A stretch of 63,791 bases of DNA, counting the filler, from Octopus bimaculoides (Eukaryota): NCBI RefSeq assembly GCF_001194135.2. It is 3 parts of 3 records of this genome, joined end to end, with 100 filler letters (N's around TTAATTAATTAA, not from the genome) between each part and the next. Parts side by side here need not be neighbours in the genome. Positions count along the whole stretch, not along the records: positions 1 to 20,679 come from NC_068992.1; 2 more parts are not named here. One strand, written 5' to 3'. How positions within the stretch are numbered: the stretch's first letter is position 1; each line of letters starts with the position of its first letter. Below, piece by piece: positions 1-12,165 of the stretch. The position numbers were made by a program, and so were the translations under genes. The notes below the pieces were generated by a model. That model was not told the origin of the DNA. It saw nothing but the letters and a program-made list of their open reading frames with translations, and searched no databases.

Positions 1-32
<32 letters not shown>

Positions 33-39
33 CATTCTT

Positions 40-200
40 TATTTTCACTCCTTGTTTCTTTCTGTTTCTTTTTGTAGAAGAGCGTAAGCTCGAAACGTTA
101 AAGACTTTCTCACTTCCCGAGCGTTAAACTAATACATCTGTTTGTTGTCCACACCACCTGTCATCGTCTTTTGTTTTTTTTTGTTTTTTTTGTGAATTCT
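40..200 (+). mobile_element. Non-autonomous Penelope-like terminal repeat with hammerhead-like core (67-104)
   Basis: TCTTT-TTGTAGA-A-GAGC(GTAA)GCTC-GAAA-CGT-T-AAAGA. A second, reverse-complement copy of the ~150-bp repeat lies at ~45320-45480. Confidence 0.55.
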
Positions 201-211
201 CCTTTTGTATT

Positions 212-373
212 CGACAGGTTTCCTTTAGTCTTCGTCTGCTAAATCCACTCACAAGGTATTTATTCGACCTGTGGCTTTAGTAGAAGACACTTGTTCAAGA
301 TAGCATGCAGCGGGACTGAAACTAGCAGCATATGGTTGGGATCAAGCTTCTTACCACTCGGCCACACCTGTGC
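212..373 (-). mobile_element. SINE family B head fragment
   Basis: Reverse complement of the head seen at 30482 (gtggctgtgtggtaag...ttgggcaagtgtcttctactatagcc...gtgagtggattt). Confidence 0.7.
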
Positions 374-549
374 TTTCACTGTTGTTGCGATTATAGTTTT
401 CGATTTTGTTAGGGCTGTTTTTGCCCTTATTGCTGCTGCTGAGGATGATGATGTTGCTGTCGTTGTATCTTTCATTCTTTTATCACTGCCCTGTCCATTA
501 TCTGAATTTGCCTTCAATTTTCTGATATTGTGCTCAAGGTATTTGTCGA

Positions 550-2255
550 TAGCAGCGACAGCAACAACAACAACAACAACAACATTGACGACAACAACAG
601 CTGTTGCAGCAGCAATGACAATGAAATCTGAAGCAACAGCAGCTGCAACAACAACAACAACAGCGACTACAGCAGCAACAATAACAATGAGAGAGGTAAC
701 TCCGTTTCCGCTGAAAACAACGATGACTCCGACGACAACTACAACAGTAACAAGACTAACATTAAGAATAACAACGACGACCATGACATCTGCGACGATG
801 GCGACTGGCTACAAGAACAAGAACAACAAGAACAACCACAACAATGGCACCAACAGCGACGACGACGACGGACATCACCACCACCACTATAACCACCACT
901 ACAACCACCACCACAACCACCACCAGCACCACTACCACCACCACCACCACCNNNNNNNNNNNNNNNNNNNNNNNNNNNNNNNNNNNNNNNNNNNNNNNNN
1001 NNNNNNNNNNNNNNNNNNNNNNNNNNNNNNNNNNNNNNNNNNNNNNNNNNNNNNNNNNNNNNNNNNNNNNNNNNNNNNNNNNNNNNNNNNNNNNNNNNNN
1101 NNNNNNNNNNNNNNNNNNNNNNNNNNNNNNNNNNNNNNNNNNNNNNNNNNNNNNNNNNNNNNNNNNNNNNNNNNNNNNNNNNNNNNNNNNNNNNNNNNNN
1201 NNNNNNNNNNNNNNNNNNNNNNNNNNNNNNNNNNNNNNNNNNNNNNNNNNNNNNNNNNNNNNNNNNNNNNNNNNNNNNNNNNNNNNNNNNNNNNNNNNNN
1301 NNNNNNNNNNNNNNNNNNNNNNNNNNNNNNNNNNNNNNNNNNNNNNNNNNNNNNNNNNNNNNNNNNNNNNNNNNNNNNNNNNNNNNNNNNNNNNNNNNNN
1401 NNNNNNNNNNNNNNNNNNNNNNNNNNNNNNNNNNNNNNNNNNNNNNNNNNNNNNNNNNNNNNNNNNNNNNNNNNNNNNNNNNNNNNNNNNNNNNNNNNNN
1501 NNNNNNNNNNNNNNNNNNNNNNNNNNNNNNNNNNNNNNNNNNNNNNNNNNNNNNNNNGTGGGGAAAATGACGAATAAAAAAAAAGGAAAGCGAAGTGATG
1601 ATGAGGATGATGACCATGAGGATGAAGTTGAAGAAGAAGTTGACTATGATGATGAGCGTGGCTGTGATGATGGTGAAGAAGACGAAGATGATGATGAGGA
1701 TGATGGTGATGGTGGTGGGGGTGGGATGAAGAGAAGGGTGAGGATGGTTATAAGGATTATGGTGGTGGTGGTGGTGGTGGAAGAAGAAGAAGAAGAAGAA
1801 GAAGGGGAAGAAGAAGAAGGAGAAGGAGAAGAGGAAGAAGAAGGAGAAGAAGAAGAAGAAGAAGAAAATGAAAATGATGATGATGACGACTATGATGGCG
1901 ACGATGATGACAAATGACGACGACCACGACGATGACGATGACGATGATGATGATGAGGAGGAGGAGGGGGATGATGTTGATGATGTTGGCAGTGATAATT
2001 ATGATGATGATGATGCTGATGATAATGGTTGTGGTGGTGGTGGTTGTAGTGGTGGTGGTTGTGGTGGTGATGGTTGTAGTGGTGGTGGTTGTAGTGGTGG
2101 TGGTGGTCGTTGTAGTGGTGGTTGTAGTGGTGGTGGTGGTCGTTGTAGTGGTGGTTGTAGTGGTGGTGGTGGTCGTTGTAGTGGTGGTTGTAGTGGTGGT
2201 GGTGGTCGTTGTAGTGGTGGTTGTAGTGGTGGTGGTGGTCGTTGTAGTGGTGGTG
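550..2255. repeat. Compound trinucleotide microsatellites (ACA/GCA/CAC/GAT/GAA/GGT) around an N gap, including a 33-bp higher-order unit at ~2108-2252
   Basis: Direct inspection. Unit cgttgtagtggtggttgtagtggtggtggtggt occurs about 4-5 times. Confidence 0.9.
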
Positions 2256-2479
2256 ATGTTTGGTACAATGGAAAGTTGATAATAGCAGGTATTTCCAAGA
2301 GACAAGTCGGAAAACATGGAAAGGAAAACAAAATAAAAAATATTATTCAAACATGGCGGAATAAAGACGCCAACAAATTAAGAAATAAAATAAAACAAGC
2401 AAACAAATCATGAATAACTACAATTGATTAAACAGAGAACAGTAGCCACAGCGAGACCATTGTTAGTCTTCTTCTTCTT

Positions 2480-2560
<81 letters not shown>

Positions 2561-3221
2561 GATGATGATTATTTCCTTTATCTTGAGAATATTCATGATT
2601 TTTAATATCATAACTATTATGATAATGTTTTCCATAATGATGAAGAGGATGGTGATGATGATGATGATGATGATGATGAAGATGATGATGATGAAGATGA
2701 TGATGATTTCTTTTATGTGCCACCAGGGCGAATGATGTGTGTGTGTGTGTGGGGGGGAACAATACAAAGACAGTCATTGAGTGTGTGTGTGTGGTGTGTG
2801 TGTGTGAAGGGTTGCAGTGTGTGTGTGTGTGTGTATGTGTGAAGAGTTACATATAATGAAATGATTACACACACTCACACACACTCACACACACACACAC
2901 AAACTTGTGTATATGATTTATACACGGTGTACAATAAAACAAAGAAGGAAGAGTATACTTAGTATACAACAGCTAAAAGAAAGGGGAAAAAAGACGATTG
3001 TGATGGGGGTCTTCCTGAAACAGGGGGACTTCTTGGGATTATCGAGGATTCAGATCTCCCTGAACACCAAGGGCAAGTGCCCTTTCCAATTCCTGTTCTC
3101 CGACTCACTAGCGATATAAACAAGAGTGCATTTTGCACCAAAAGGAAATATGAGAGTGTTACTCTTGGTAGCTATCACAGTATTGTTTGTTCTAATAGAA
3201 CGTCCACGTTCAAGTGAAGAT

Positions 3222-3475
3222 GAATACTACCTCTGTATGGCTTATGTGTTCTCCCCAGCTGGACGGGACGCCAGTCCATCGCAGCGTTACTAAAGATACA
3301 GGAAGAAAGAGTGAGAGAAAGAGTACAACAGGGATCGCCACTACCCACTGCTGGAGCCTCGTGGAGCTTAGGTGTTTTCGCTTAATAAACACTCACAACG
3401 CCCGGTCTGGGAATGGAAACCGCGATCCTCCGACCGCGAGTCCGCTGCCCTAACCACTGAGCCATTGCGCCTCCA
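3222..3475 (-). mobile_element. tRNA-derived SINE family A, tail type 2
   Basis: Reverse complement of ggaggcgcaatggctcagtggttagggcagcggactcgcgg...tttccattcccagaccggg (A and B boxes). Tail matches the 40027 copy. Confidence 0.85.
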
Positions 3476-4036
3476 CTACATACATACACACACACACACA
3501 CACACATATATANNNNNNNNNNNNNNNNNNNNNNNNNNNNNNNNNNNNNNNNNNNNNNNNNNNNNNNNNNNNNNNNNNNNNNNNNNNNNNNNNNNNNNNN
3601 NNNNNNNNNNNNNNNNNNNNNNNNNNNNNNNNNNNNNNNNNNNNNNNNNNNNNNNNNNNNNNNNNNNNNNNNNNNNNNNNNNNNNNNNNNNNNNNNNNNN
3701 NNNNNNNNNNNNNNNNNNNNNNNNNNNNNNNNNNNNNNNNNNNNNNNNNNNNNNNNNNNNNNNNNNNNNNNNNNNNNNNNNNNNNNNNNNNNNNNNNNNN
3801 NNNNNNNNNNNNNNNNNNNNNNNNNNNNNNNNNNNNNNNNNNNNNNNNNNNNNNNNNNNNNNNNNNNNNNNNNNNNNNNNNNNNNNNNNNNNNNNNNNNN
3901 NNNNNNNNNNNNNNNNNNNNNNNNNNNNNNNNNNNNNNNNNNNNNNNNNNNNTATATACGTATGTATGTATGTATGTATGTATGTATGTATATACGTTTA
4001 TGAATTTGTTTTGCAAGATTCCTGATGTGAAATCGT

Positions 4037-4408
4037 GTGTTATATTTCGGGACGGTCATTTTTTCTTTCTTGCCAAATAAACACACGCACTATATATTCT
4101 TTCTTCACTTGTTCGTTATTCTTCTTGTTTTATGTCCGTTGTCTGCAAATCTTTCGTCACCCACCTGTGGCCTCTTCAGCTAATGATACACACAATAGAA
4201 AGACAAAATTGACTAAACAGAAATGGAGACACGTGGGATGGAGAGCCGTTGAAGAAGCCACAGGTGTGTGACAAAATATTTCCACACAATGAACATAAAA
4301 CAAGAACAGTAATAAACAAGTGAAGAACGAATATATATATCGTGCGTGCGTTTATTAGACAAGAATAAAATAGAAGAAAGAAAAATGACCAAACCGAAAT
4401 ATGACAAT
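4037..4408. mobile_element. Inverted-repeat element (~140-160-bp arms, ~66-bp spacer) with hammerhead-like cores at the inner ends
   Basis: 4037-4180 aligns with the reverse complement of 4248-4408 apart from one indel. Cores: CTGAAGA-G-GCCAC..GTGAC-GAAA (minus, 4152-4179) and TTGAAGA-A-GCCAC..GTGAC-AAAA (plus, 4249-4276). Confidence 0.7.
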
Positions 4409-5148
4409 ATATTAAGATATTTACTAATGTATGTATAAATATGTGTGAATATATATATATGTAAATATATTCATTTGAAGATATTCTGGCTACTCTTACA
4501 CGCAAGTCGGCTATTTTCTGTTTGTCTGTCTGTTTGTCTGTCTGTCTTTCTCCCCCACCCTCTCTCTCTCTTCCTGTGCTTCTCTCTCTCTCTCCTTCGC
4601 TCACATTCACACTCTCACTCACATTCACACTCTCACTCATGCGTTCTCCGCCATAATTTGTTCTCTCCCTTTCTATCTTCCTTCTTCTGTTTTTCCTTCC
4701 TTTCTTTCTTTCTTTCCTTCTCCCCGTCTCTCCCTCTTTTCCTCTCTCTCCCTCTTTTCCTCTCTCTCCCTCTTTTCCTCTCTCTTCCTCTTTTCCTCTC
4801 TCTCCCTCTTTTCCTCTCTCTCCCTCTTTCCCTCTCTCTCCCTCGTCTTCTTTCTTTTTCTCTCTCTCACAATTCTATTTCTTTCACTCTCTCCTTTACT
4901 GTTCTAGTTCTCTCCCTCTCTCTCACAATTCTTGTTACCCCCCCTCTCTCTCTCTCCCTTTCCCAATTCTATTTCATGTGGTTTCGAAACAGCTAATCTC
5001 TCACTACTAGCTCCAACTTCCTATTACAATCTCTCTCCCACTCTCGCTTGCTCCTTCTAGCTCTTCTCCCCACCCCTACCCCCCATACTTGGCACCAATG
5101 TATATTTATAAAGTTTACAGCAGAGACAAGAAGGAAGACACACTTTAC

Positions 5149-5166
5149 CGTTTCTCCATTTGGAAA
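5149..5166 (-). CDS. Candidate 18-nt microexon (FPNGET if phase 0)
   Basis: Acceptor ttctttgactgactttttcgcgtag and donor gtaaag. All three frames are open. Splice-site pattern only. Confidence 0.2.
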
Positions 5167-5383
5167 CTACGCGAAAAAGTCAGTCAAAGAACAGTAAGCA
5201 GTTCATGTTACCTGTTCTTCACTTAGCATCTCACAGATATTACTACTACTACTACTACTACTACTACTGCTACTATCACCACCACCACCAGTAATACTGC
5301 TGCTGCTACAACAACAACTACTACAGCTGCGGCTACTACTACTGCTACTGCTGCTGCTACTGATACTGCTGCTTCTACTGCAG

Positions 5384-5420
<37 letters not shown>

Positions 5421-5759
5421 AGTGGTAAATGAAACAACCTCTATGTAATCACATGACCTAGAAAGAGTAGCTATGTTACTTCAAATATGAATCCGCTATC
5501 GTAACACTTTCCCTGCAAAATTAAATTTCATGCTTATTCCAGTGATGATGTAGTATATCTACCAAAAAGATAGAATTGATATTTTCTGCAAGTGAAGATG
5601 TCTCCATAAACTTGAAATATTTCAACAGAAAATACTTTCAAATATGACATTCTTCAACAAAACATTTTCCTTTTTTCCTATAAAACTGCTTTCCACCGTC
5701 AATGGTGACGAAATTTTGAGTGCATGTATCTTTTATCTTTTCTCTCATTTCAATTCTAG

Positions 5760-7700
5760 TCCCATCTTGAGACTTCGACCAAACCGCGAGTAGTTTTGTA
5801 CATCCGTCCAGTGCTCACAACTCTGTTGGACGATATGGACCTGCATTATCAGGTATCGAGCTGCAGGCCCACCGATATTTCTTGGTAGAGTTTGACTCTT
5901 CTCATCGCCTCCTATTTCCGCAGATTAATACTGATAACTTCGATAAATCTGGTGTTTGGCATATATACCGACAGAGGACTTGCACACCTTGGATCATGCA
6001 GGATGATACTCAGTGTCTTTATTTTCCCCAGTAGTGGCTTACGAAATCAGTCGATACAAATAAGACAAGATGGTACGACTATGAAGAATAAAGCTCATAA
6101 CGTTAAATGGTTCCAAAAGGTTGTCATTCAACCTAATCTCCAAGTAGGTGTCGCTGTATATCGCGGTGATTCAACCTTTGAAGGCTGATCTGAAACCGAT
6201 TTCATCAAACGCTTTCGATTCCTTTAAGTTGATCAGGGCCCCTCCTATGCCAGGTTTCTTACCCAACCTCTCTATAATATATTGCATGAAGTAGAGGTTG
6301 TTGTGAAGAGATCTATTCTAGATGGCGCATACCTGTGCTTCACAGATCAGACCATTGCCGAGCACGAGCCACTTCACTTTACACCCTGGACGAAATATTA
6401 TTATCTGCGTTTAGCAGAGTTATGGGCCGAAAATGTCCAATGTGATCATCTCTTTTCTTCGAGTCCTTTCTCACAAGCTTTCCGCTTCTCTTCTAAAAAA
6501 AAAAAAAAAATTGGAGACAGTCCAGTTTTGCTGCCATTTGTGATAAACGTTTGCTAATAGCTCACCTGAAATATCTAGTGTAAAATTCAGAGTGCTTATA
6601 GTACCATCGTCATTTTCGGCCTTTCCCAACATTCCGCCCCCCTTGCCCACAATTGAGGTACACTTTAAAGTCCACCCTGAGATGAGGCTCACCAATAGTC
6701 TCAAATAATCGAGCAAAGTGCCACTGAAGAGCAGCACATGTCTGCTTGGAATCGATTAGTGCGTACTAAGCATGGTCAGTCTCAAAGTACAAATTGTGTT
6801 TCGCTGCGTCTCTACCACGAGAGTCCCTCGAAAGGATATCATTCATTCGTATCTTAGAGCATGTGCCTTAGCTCTGAAAATGCTGTCTTCGTATTTTTGG
6901 CCGAGTTGTTAATCAAAAGCCAATCTCGCTGCCAACACGTCAGCTGAGATGCCTTCGAAGTTTCTAAGTCACCCTCTTATCTTTTCTATCTCATTACTTC
7001 CTTACTAAACCTTATCAATTCTCTAATCGATCTTTTCAGAGTGAACCACAATTTGTCAATGTCTGTTTAATCCGTTTGCACACAGGGAACGACACGTTCA
7101 GCATCCTGTAACTAGGTTCCTGCCTATGAAGTCTTTCGAGGTCAATTGTACAGATCACAATTTTGCGATCTGTGTAGTTTGAAATGTGGACAACCTATAC
7201 TATCTTTATCTACTGGTCGACAGAATGTATGGATACGTGATCTGGATGAGTCGATGCAGTTTATCCATGTCCTCACTGGCACATTCATACAATACAGTCT
7301 GAGCAGTTTTGCACTCGCTCTTCTATAGACATGCACCACGCTGCTCCAGCGCGCATCTAAGAATCTTCCACTGGCACTAAAGAGGGGGATATTTTCAGGA
7401 AAGATTCCGCGCAATTGAACAAATTCGGTTACCAAACCCTCTCGGGACGTAGACGAACACAGGTCTGAAAGAGTAGCGTTAGCTGCAGGTCATGTCTAGA
7501 ACCACTAAGGTAACTTTTGGATTCAGAAGGATGGCCCGTATCGCGAGGTTATGACCATTCCGAAATAGAACAGGAATTCTTTTTCTCCATCTCAAACGAC
7601 TTGGGGATATGTAAATCTCAAAACCGCCGAAATTCTAGTCTCGTTGATGAGCACCACATTTATTTCTACTGACTTGAGGTCATTGTGTCGGTAGCCTTCC
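5760..7700 (-). mobile_element. Degenerate L1-clade (Tx1-like) LINE ORF2: APE endonuclease C-terminus plus RT
   Basis: Minus-strand translation gives FRPITLLNAD, GALINLKESKAFD, ITAIYSDTYLEIRLN and CRPVDKDSIGCPHFK, with many stops and frameshifts. Confidence 0.85.
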
Positions 7701-7789
7701 TTCCAAAGCAACTCGAGGCTGCACACATTTGAGTAAAGATAAGTTGGGCAGAAAGAGAAAAGAGAGTTTGCTTATCTTTCTCATGTTGA

Positions 7790-8570
7790 TGAACAGTTGA
7801 TGCAGCCTTCCGGTTATTTGTGCCAGGTTAAAGAAAAGCAAAGTTGGCCCCAACTGGAAGTGAACTCAAAACGTAAAGTGTTGGACGAAATCGCGTAAGA
7901 TATACTTTCCGACATTCTCAGGGTTCAGCCAGCTCGCCGTTTCATGAAGCAATTCTTTCTACTCTAAGCACGTAGTGTGACATTTCGTGAGAAGGGGTTT
8001 AGTCGATGACATCGACCGCTGTTTCTCATTGAAACTTATTTCATCGACCATGAAATGTTAAGAGGCAAAGTCGACTACGGCGGAATTTGATCTCAGAACC
8101 TAATCCGGACGAAATACCGTTGAGCATTTTGCCCAGCATGCTGGCTCTTCGCCTTACATAATAATAAAAATGTGTACGAAGTTTGGTACAAGACCATCAT
8201 TTCTAGGGGAGTGGATAAGTCGATTTCATTGACACCAGTACATAGCTGGTACCTATTTTATCGACCCTAAAAGCATTAAAGCAAAGTTGACCTCAGCCGC
8301 ATTTGTACTCAGAACGTAAAACCGAAAGAAATGCCGTGAAGCATTTCGTCCGGCGTGCTAATAATTCTGTCTGCTCACCGCCTTATCATAGACACAAGTC
8401 CTGAAATGTTGATGAAAGGTGACTCATCGATTACATCGACCCCAGTGCTGAGCTGGCACTTATTCTATCGAACCTGAAAAGATAAAAGGCAAAGTTGACT
8501 TCGGCGTTATTTGAACTTAGCAACTTTGAAAGTTGTAACAGTCCGATGCGTATTATCCGGCGCCCTATCG
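7790..8570 (-). mobile_element. Cluster of four SINE family C copies in the same orientation
   Basis: Recurring cgaccc..aaag..aaaggcaaagtcgac..cggcggaatttga..tcagaacgtaa at ~7790-7940, 7990-8150, 8200-8380 and 8420-8570. Confidence 0.75.
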
Positions 8571-8967
8571 ATTCAGCCACTCAGACAATATCACCTCACC
8601 ACCACCACCTCCACTATCGCCGCCGCCGCCACCATCACTACCACCACTACTACAGCAAGCTGAAACTTCTATGAACTGCTGTTGCGTTAAGCTTTCTTAC
8701 TCCCCCAGTAAAACTTCTTTTCTCATACCACTACTCTTTTTCGTTGCTTCCATAACTCNNNNNNNNNNNNNNNNNNNNNNNNNNNNNNNNNNNNNNNNNN
8801 NNNNNNNNNNNNNNNNNNNNNNNNNNNNNNNNNNNNNNNNNNNNNNNNNNNNNNNNNNNNNNNNNNNNNNNNNNNNNNNNNNNNNNNNNNNNNNNNNNNN
8901 NNNNNNNNNNNNNNNNNNNNNNNNNNNNNNNNNNNNNNNNNNNNNNNNNNNNNNNNNNNNNNNNNNN

Positions 8968-9012
<45 letters not shown>

Positions 9013-9563
9013 GTCTCTCTCTCTCTCTCTCTCTCAGCCCTGTTCACTCTCTCCTTCCATACAGTTCTTCCCGCTTTCATCCTTGTCTACCTCTTGCATA
9101 ATCACTGCTTCACTCACCCTCTCTCGATATTTCTTTCCCGTCTCTCTTTCTCTCTCTCTCTCTTTCTTTCTCTCTCTCTTTCTTTCTCTCTCTCTTTCTT
9201 TCTCTCTCTCTTTCTTTCCCGTCTCTCTTTCTTTCTCTCTCGCTTTCTTTCCTGTCTCACTCTCTCTCTCTTTCTTTCTCTCTCTCTCTAGCACACTTTC
9301 TCTCTCTCTCTAGCACACTTTCTCTTCCTCCCTTTCTCTATCTCCCCCCTCTCTTTATCTCTTTCTACCTCCTTCGCACGCCTCCACCTCCATCACTATA
9401 TCTTACGTTCTCTCTGAAACCACCACTACGAACTCAGTCCATGTCTCTGTCTTTCTCCAGAACTTTCTCTTCCCCCTTTCACTACCTCTCTACTTGTCCG
9501 TCTCTCACAATCTCTCTCCCGCAAACGCCACTACCACTGTTCACGTCTCTCTCCATATCTCTG

Positions 9564-9594
<31 letters not shown>

Positions 9595-9613
9595 CTTTAT
9601 TTCTTTCTTTATT

Positions 9614-9660
<47 letters not shown>

Positions 9661-9661
9661 C

Positions 9662-9704
<43 letters not shown>

Positions 9705-9857
9705 CTCTCTCACACACACACATTGACCCTCCTACTCTCATTTCTTTCCATGTCTGTCTTTCTCTAGAAACCTCTCTTTATTTCCTACCACCAATACCAT
9801 CTCTGCCTATGGTTGTTTCTCGCATATACATATACATATACATACATATACATACAT

Positions 9858-9902
<45 letters not shown>

Positions 9903-10861
9903 NNNNNNNNNNNNNNNNNNNNNNNNNNNNNNNNNNNNNNNNNNNNNNNNNNNNNNNNNNNNNNNNNNNNNNNNNNNNNNNNNNNNNNNNNNNNNNNNNN
10001 NNNNNNNNNNNNNNNNNNNNNNNNNNNNNNNNNNNNNNNNNNNNNNNNNNNNNNNNNNNNNNNNNNNNNNNNNNNNNNNNNNNNNNNNNNNNNNNNNNNN
10101 NNNNNNNNNNNNNNNNNNNNNNNNNNNNNNNNNNNNNNNNNNNNNNNNNNNNNNNNNNNNNNNNNNNNNNNNNNNNNNNNNNNNNNNNNNNNNNNNNNNN
10201 NNNNNNNNNNNNNNNNNNNNNNNNNNNNNNNNNNNNNNNNNNNNNNNNNNNNNNNNNNNNNNNNNNNNNNNNNNNNNNNNNNNNNNNNNNNNNNNNNNNN
10301 NNNNNNNNNNNNNNNNNNNNNNNNNNNNNNNNNNNNNNNNNNNNNNNNNNNNNNNNNNNNNNNNNNNNNNNNNNNNNNNNNNNNNNNNNNNNNNNNNNNN
10401 NNNNNNNNNNNNNNNNNNNNNNNNNNNNNNNNNNNNNNNNNNNNNNNNNNNNNNNNNNNNNNNNNNNNNNNNNNNNNNNNNNNNNNNNNNNNNNNNNNNN
10501 NNNNNNNNNNNNNNNNNNNNNNNNNNNNNNNNNNNNNNNNNNNNNNNNNNNNNNNNNNNNNNNNNNNNNNNNNNNNNNNNNNNNNNNNNNNNNNNNNNNN
10601 NNNNNNNNNNNNNNNNNNNNNNNNNNNNNNNNNNNNNNNNNNNNNNNNNNNNNNNNNNNNNNNNNNNNNNNNNNNNNNNNNNNNNNNNNNNNNNNNNNNN
10701 NNNNNNNNNNNNNNNNNNNNNNNNNNNNNNNNNNNNNNNNNNNNNNNNNNNNNNNNNNNNNNNNNNNNNNNNNNNNNNNNNNNNNNNNNNNNNNNNNNNN
10801 NNNNNNNNNNNNNNNNNNNNNNNNNNNNNNNNNNNNNNNNNNNNNNNNNNNNNNNNNNNNN

Positions 10862-10895
<34 letters not shown>

Positions 10896-11397
10896 TATAT
10901 GAGTATATGCATATATATGTACATGTATGTATATACGTTCATCTACATGTACATATAGATACATAACTGGGTACATGACGTGGCAAAAGAACAAGGACAA
11001 AATGGTAAACAAGGTGCAACAAACAAGCAGGCCATATATATATATATATACATATGTGTGTGTGTGTGTGTGTGTGCACACACATATACATATGCAAGTG
11101 TGGATATCTGTATATATGTTCATGTATATATATGAACATACTTGCGTGTGTGTGTGTGTGTGTGTGTTTGCGTATGTGTGTGTGTATGTATGTATGTATA
11201 TATGTGTGTGTGCTAGTGTGTGTGGTGTGTGTGTATGTATATCTATATGTAGACAAATATATATACGCATAGACATATATACATGCATGCATGTAATATA
11301 TGAACACACACACACACGCACACATATACATATGCAAGTGTGTATATCTATATCTATGTTTATGTATATATATGAACATATGTGCGTGTGTGTGTAG

Positions 11398-11748
11398 TGG
11401 AGGCACAATGACCCAGTGGCTAGGGCAGCGGACATGCGGTCATCGGATCGCGGTTTCGATTCCCAGACCGGGCGTTGTGAGTGTTTATTGAGCGAAAACA
11501 CCTAAAGCTCCACGAGGCTCCGGCAGGGTATGGTGGCGACCCCTGCTATTCTCTTTCACCACAACTTTCTCTCACTCTTTCTTCCTGTTCCTGGTGTACC
11601 TGCATTTCAGAGGGCCAGGCTTTTCACACTGTGCCATGCTGAATCTTCCACAGAACTACGTTAAGGGTACAGGTTAATTTCACGAGCAGGGTATTCCATT
11701 GATCGGATCAACTGGAACCCCCGTCGTGGTAACCGACGGAGTGCCACA
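11398..11748 (+). mobile_element. tRNA-derived SINE family A, tail type 1
   Basis: tggaggcacaatgacccagtggctaggg...ggtttcgattcccagacc...aatttcacgagcagg...gacggagtgccac. Confidence 0.9.
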
Positions 11749-11854
11749 ATATATATATATATGTATGTATATATGCATATATATATATATATGCATATAT
11801 ATANNNNNNNNNNNNNNNNNNNNNNNNNNNNNNNNNNNNNNNNNNNNNNNNNNN

Positions 11855-11895
<41 letters not shown>

Positions 11896-12127
11896 TACAT
11901 ACTTACACACACACAATTACACACACACACACACACACAAACGTATGTATGAATGTATGTATACATATTTATATATGTGAGTGTGTGTTTATAAGTTTAT
12001 GTAAATATGTACACACATATACAGGTATTCAGAAAGTCAGAAATACTTAGATAAAATGATAGGAGTGGAGCGAGTGAATACTGAAAGAAGTAGTAAGAAC
12101 AAAACTGAATAAGAGGGAGAGATAGAT

Positions 12128-12165
<38 letters not shown>

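Noticed and set aside
260-2777. Long ORFs rich in T/H/E/D/G/V
   Set aside because: They are translations of trinucleotide microsatellites and N gaps, open in several frames on both strands. The stretch IDKYLEHNIRKLKANSDNG has no splice support.
2980-3130. GC-richer stretch with open frames (GVFLKQGDFL; SIIPRSPPVSGRPPS)
   Set aside because: No convincing donor site and no recognisable domain.
4180-4263. Apparent 84-nt phase-1 exon on the plus strand (NDTHNRKTKLTKQKWRHVGWRAVEEAT)
   Set aside because: Its splice-like sites come from the arms of the inverted-repeat element and are mirrored on the other strand.
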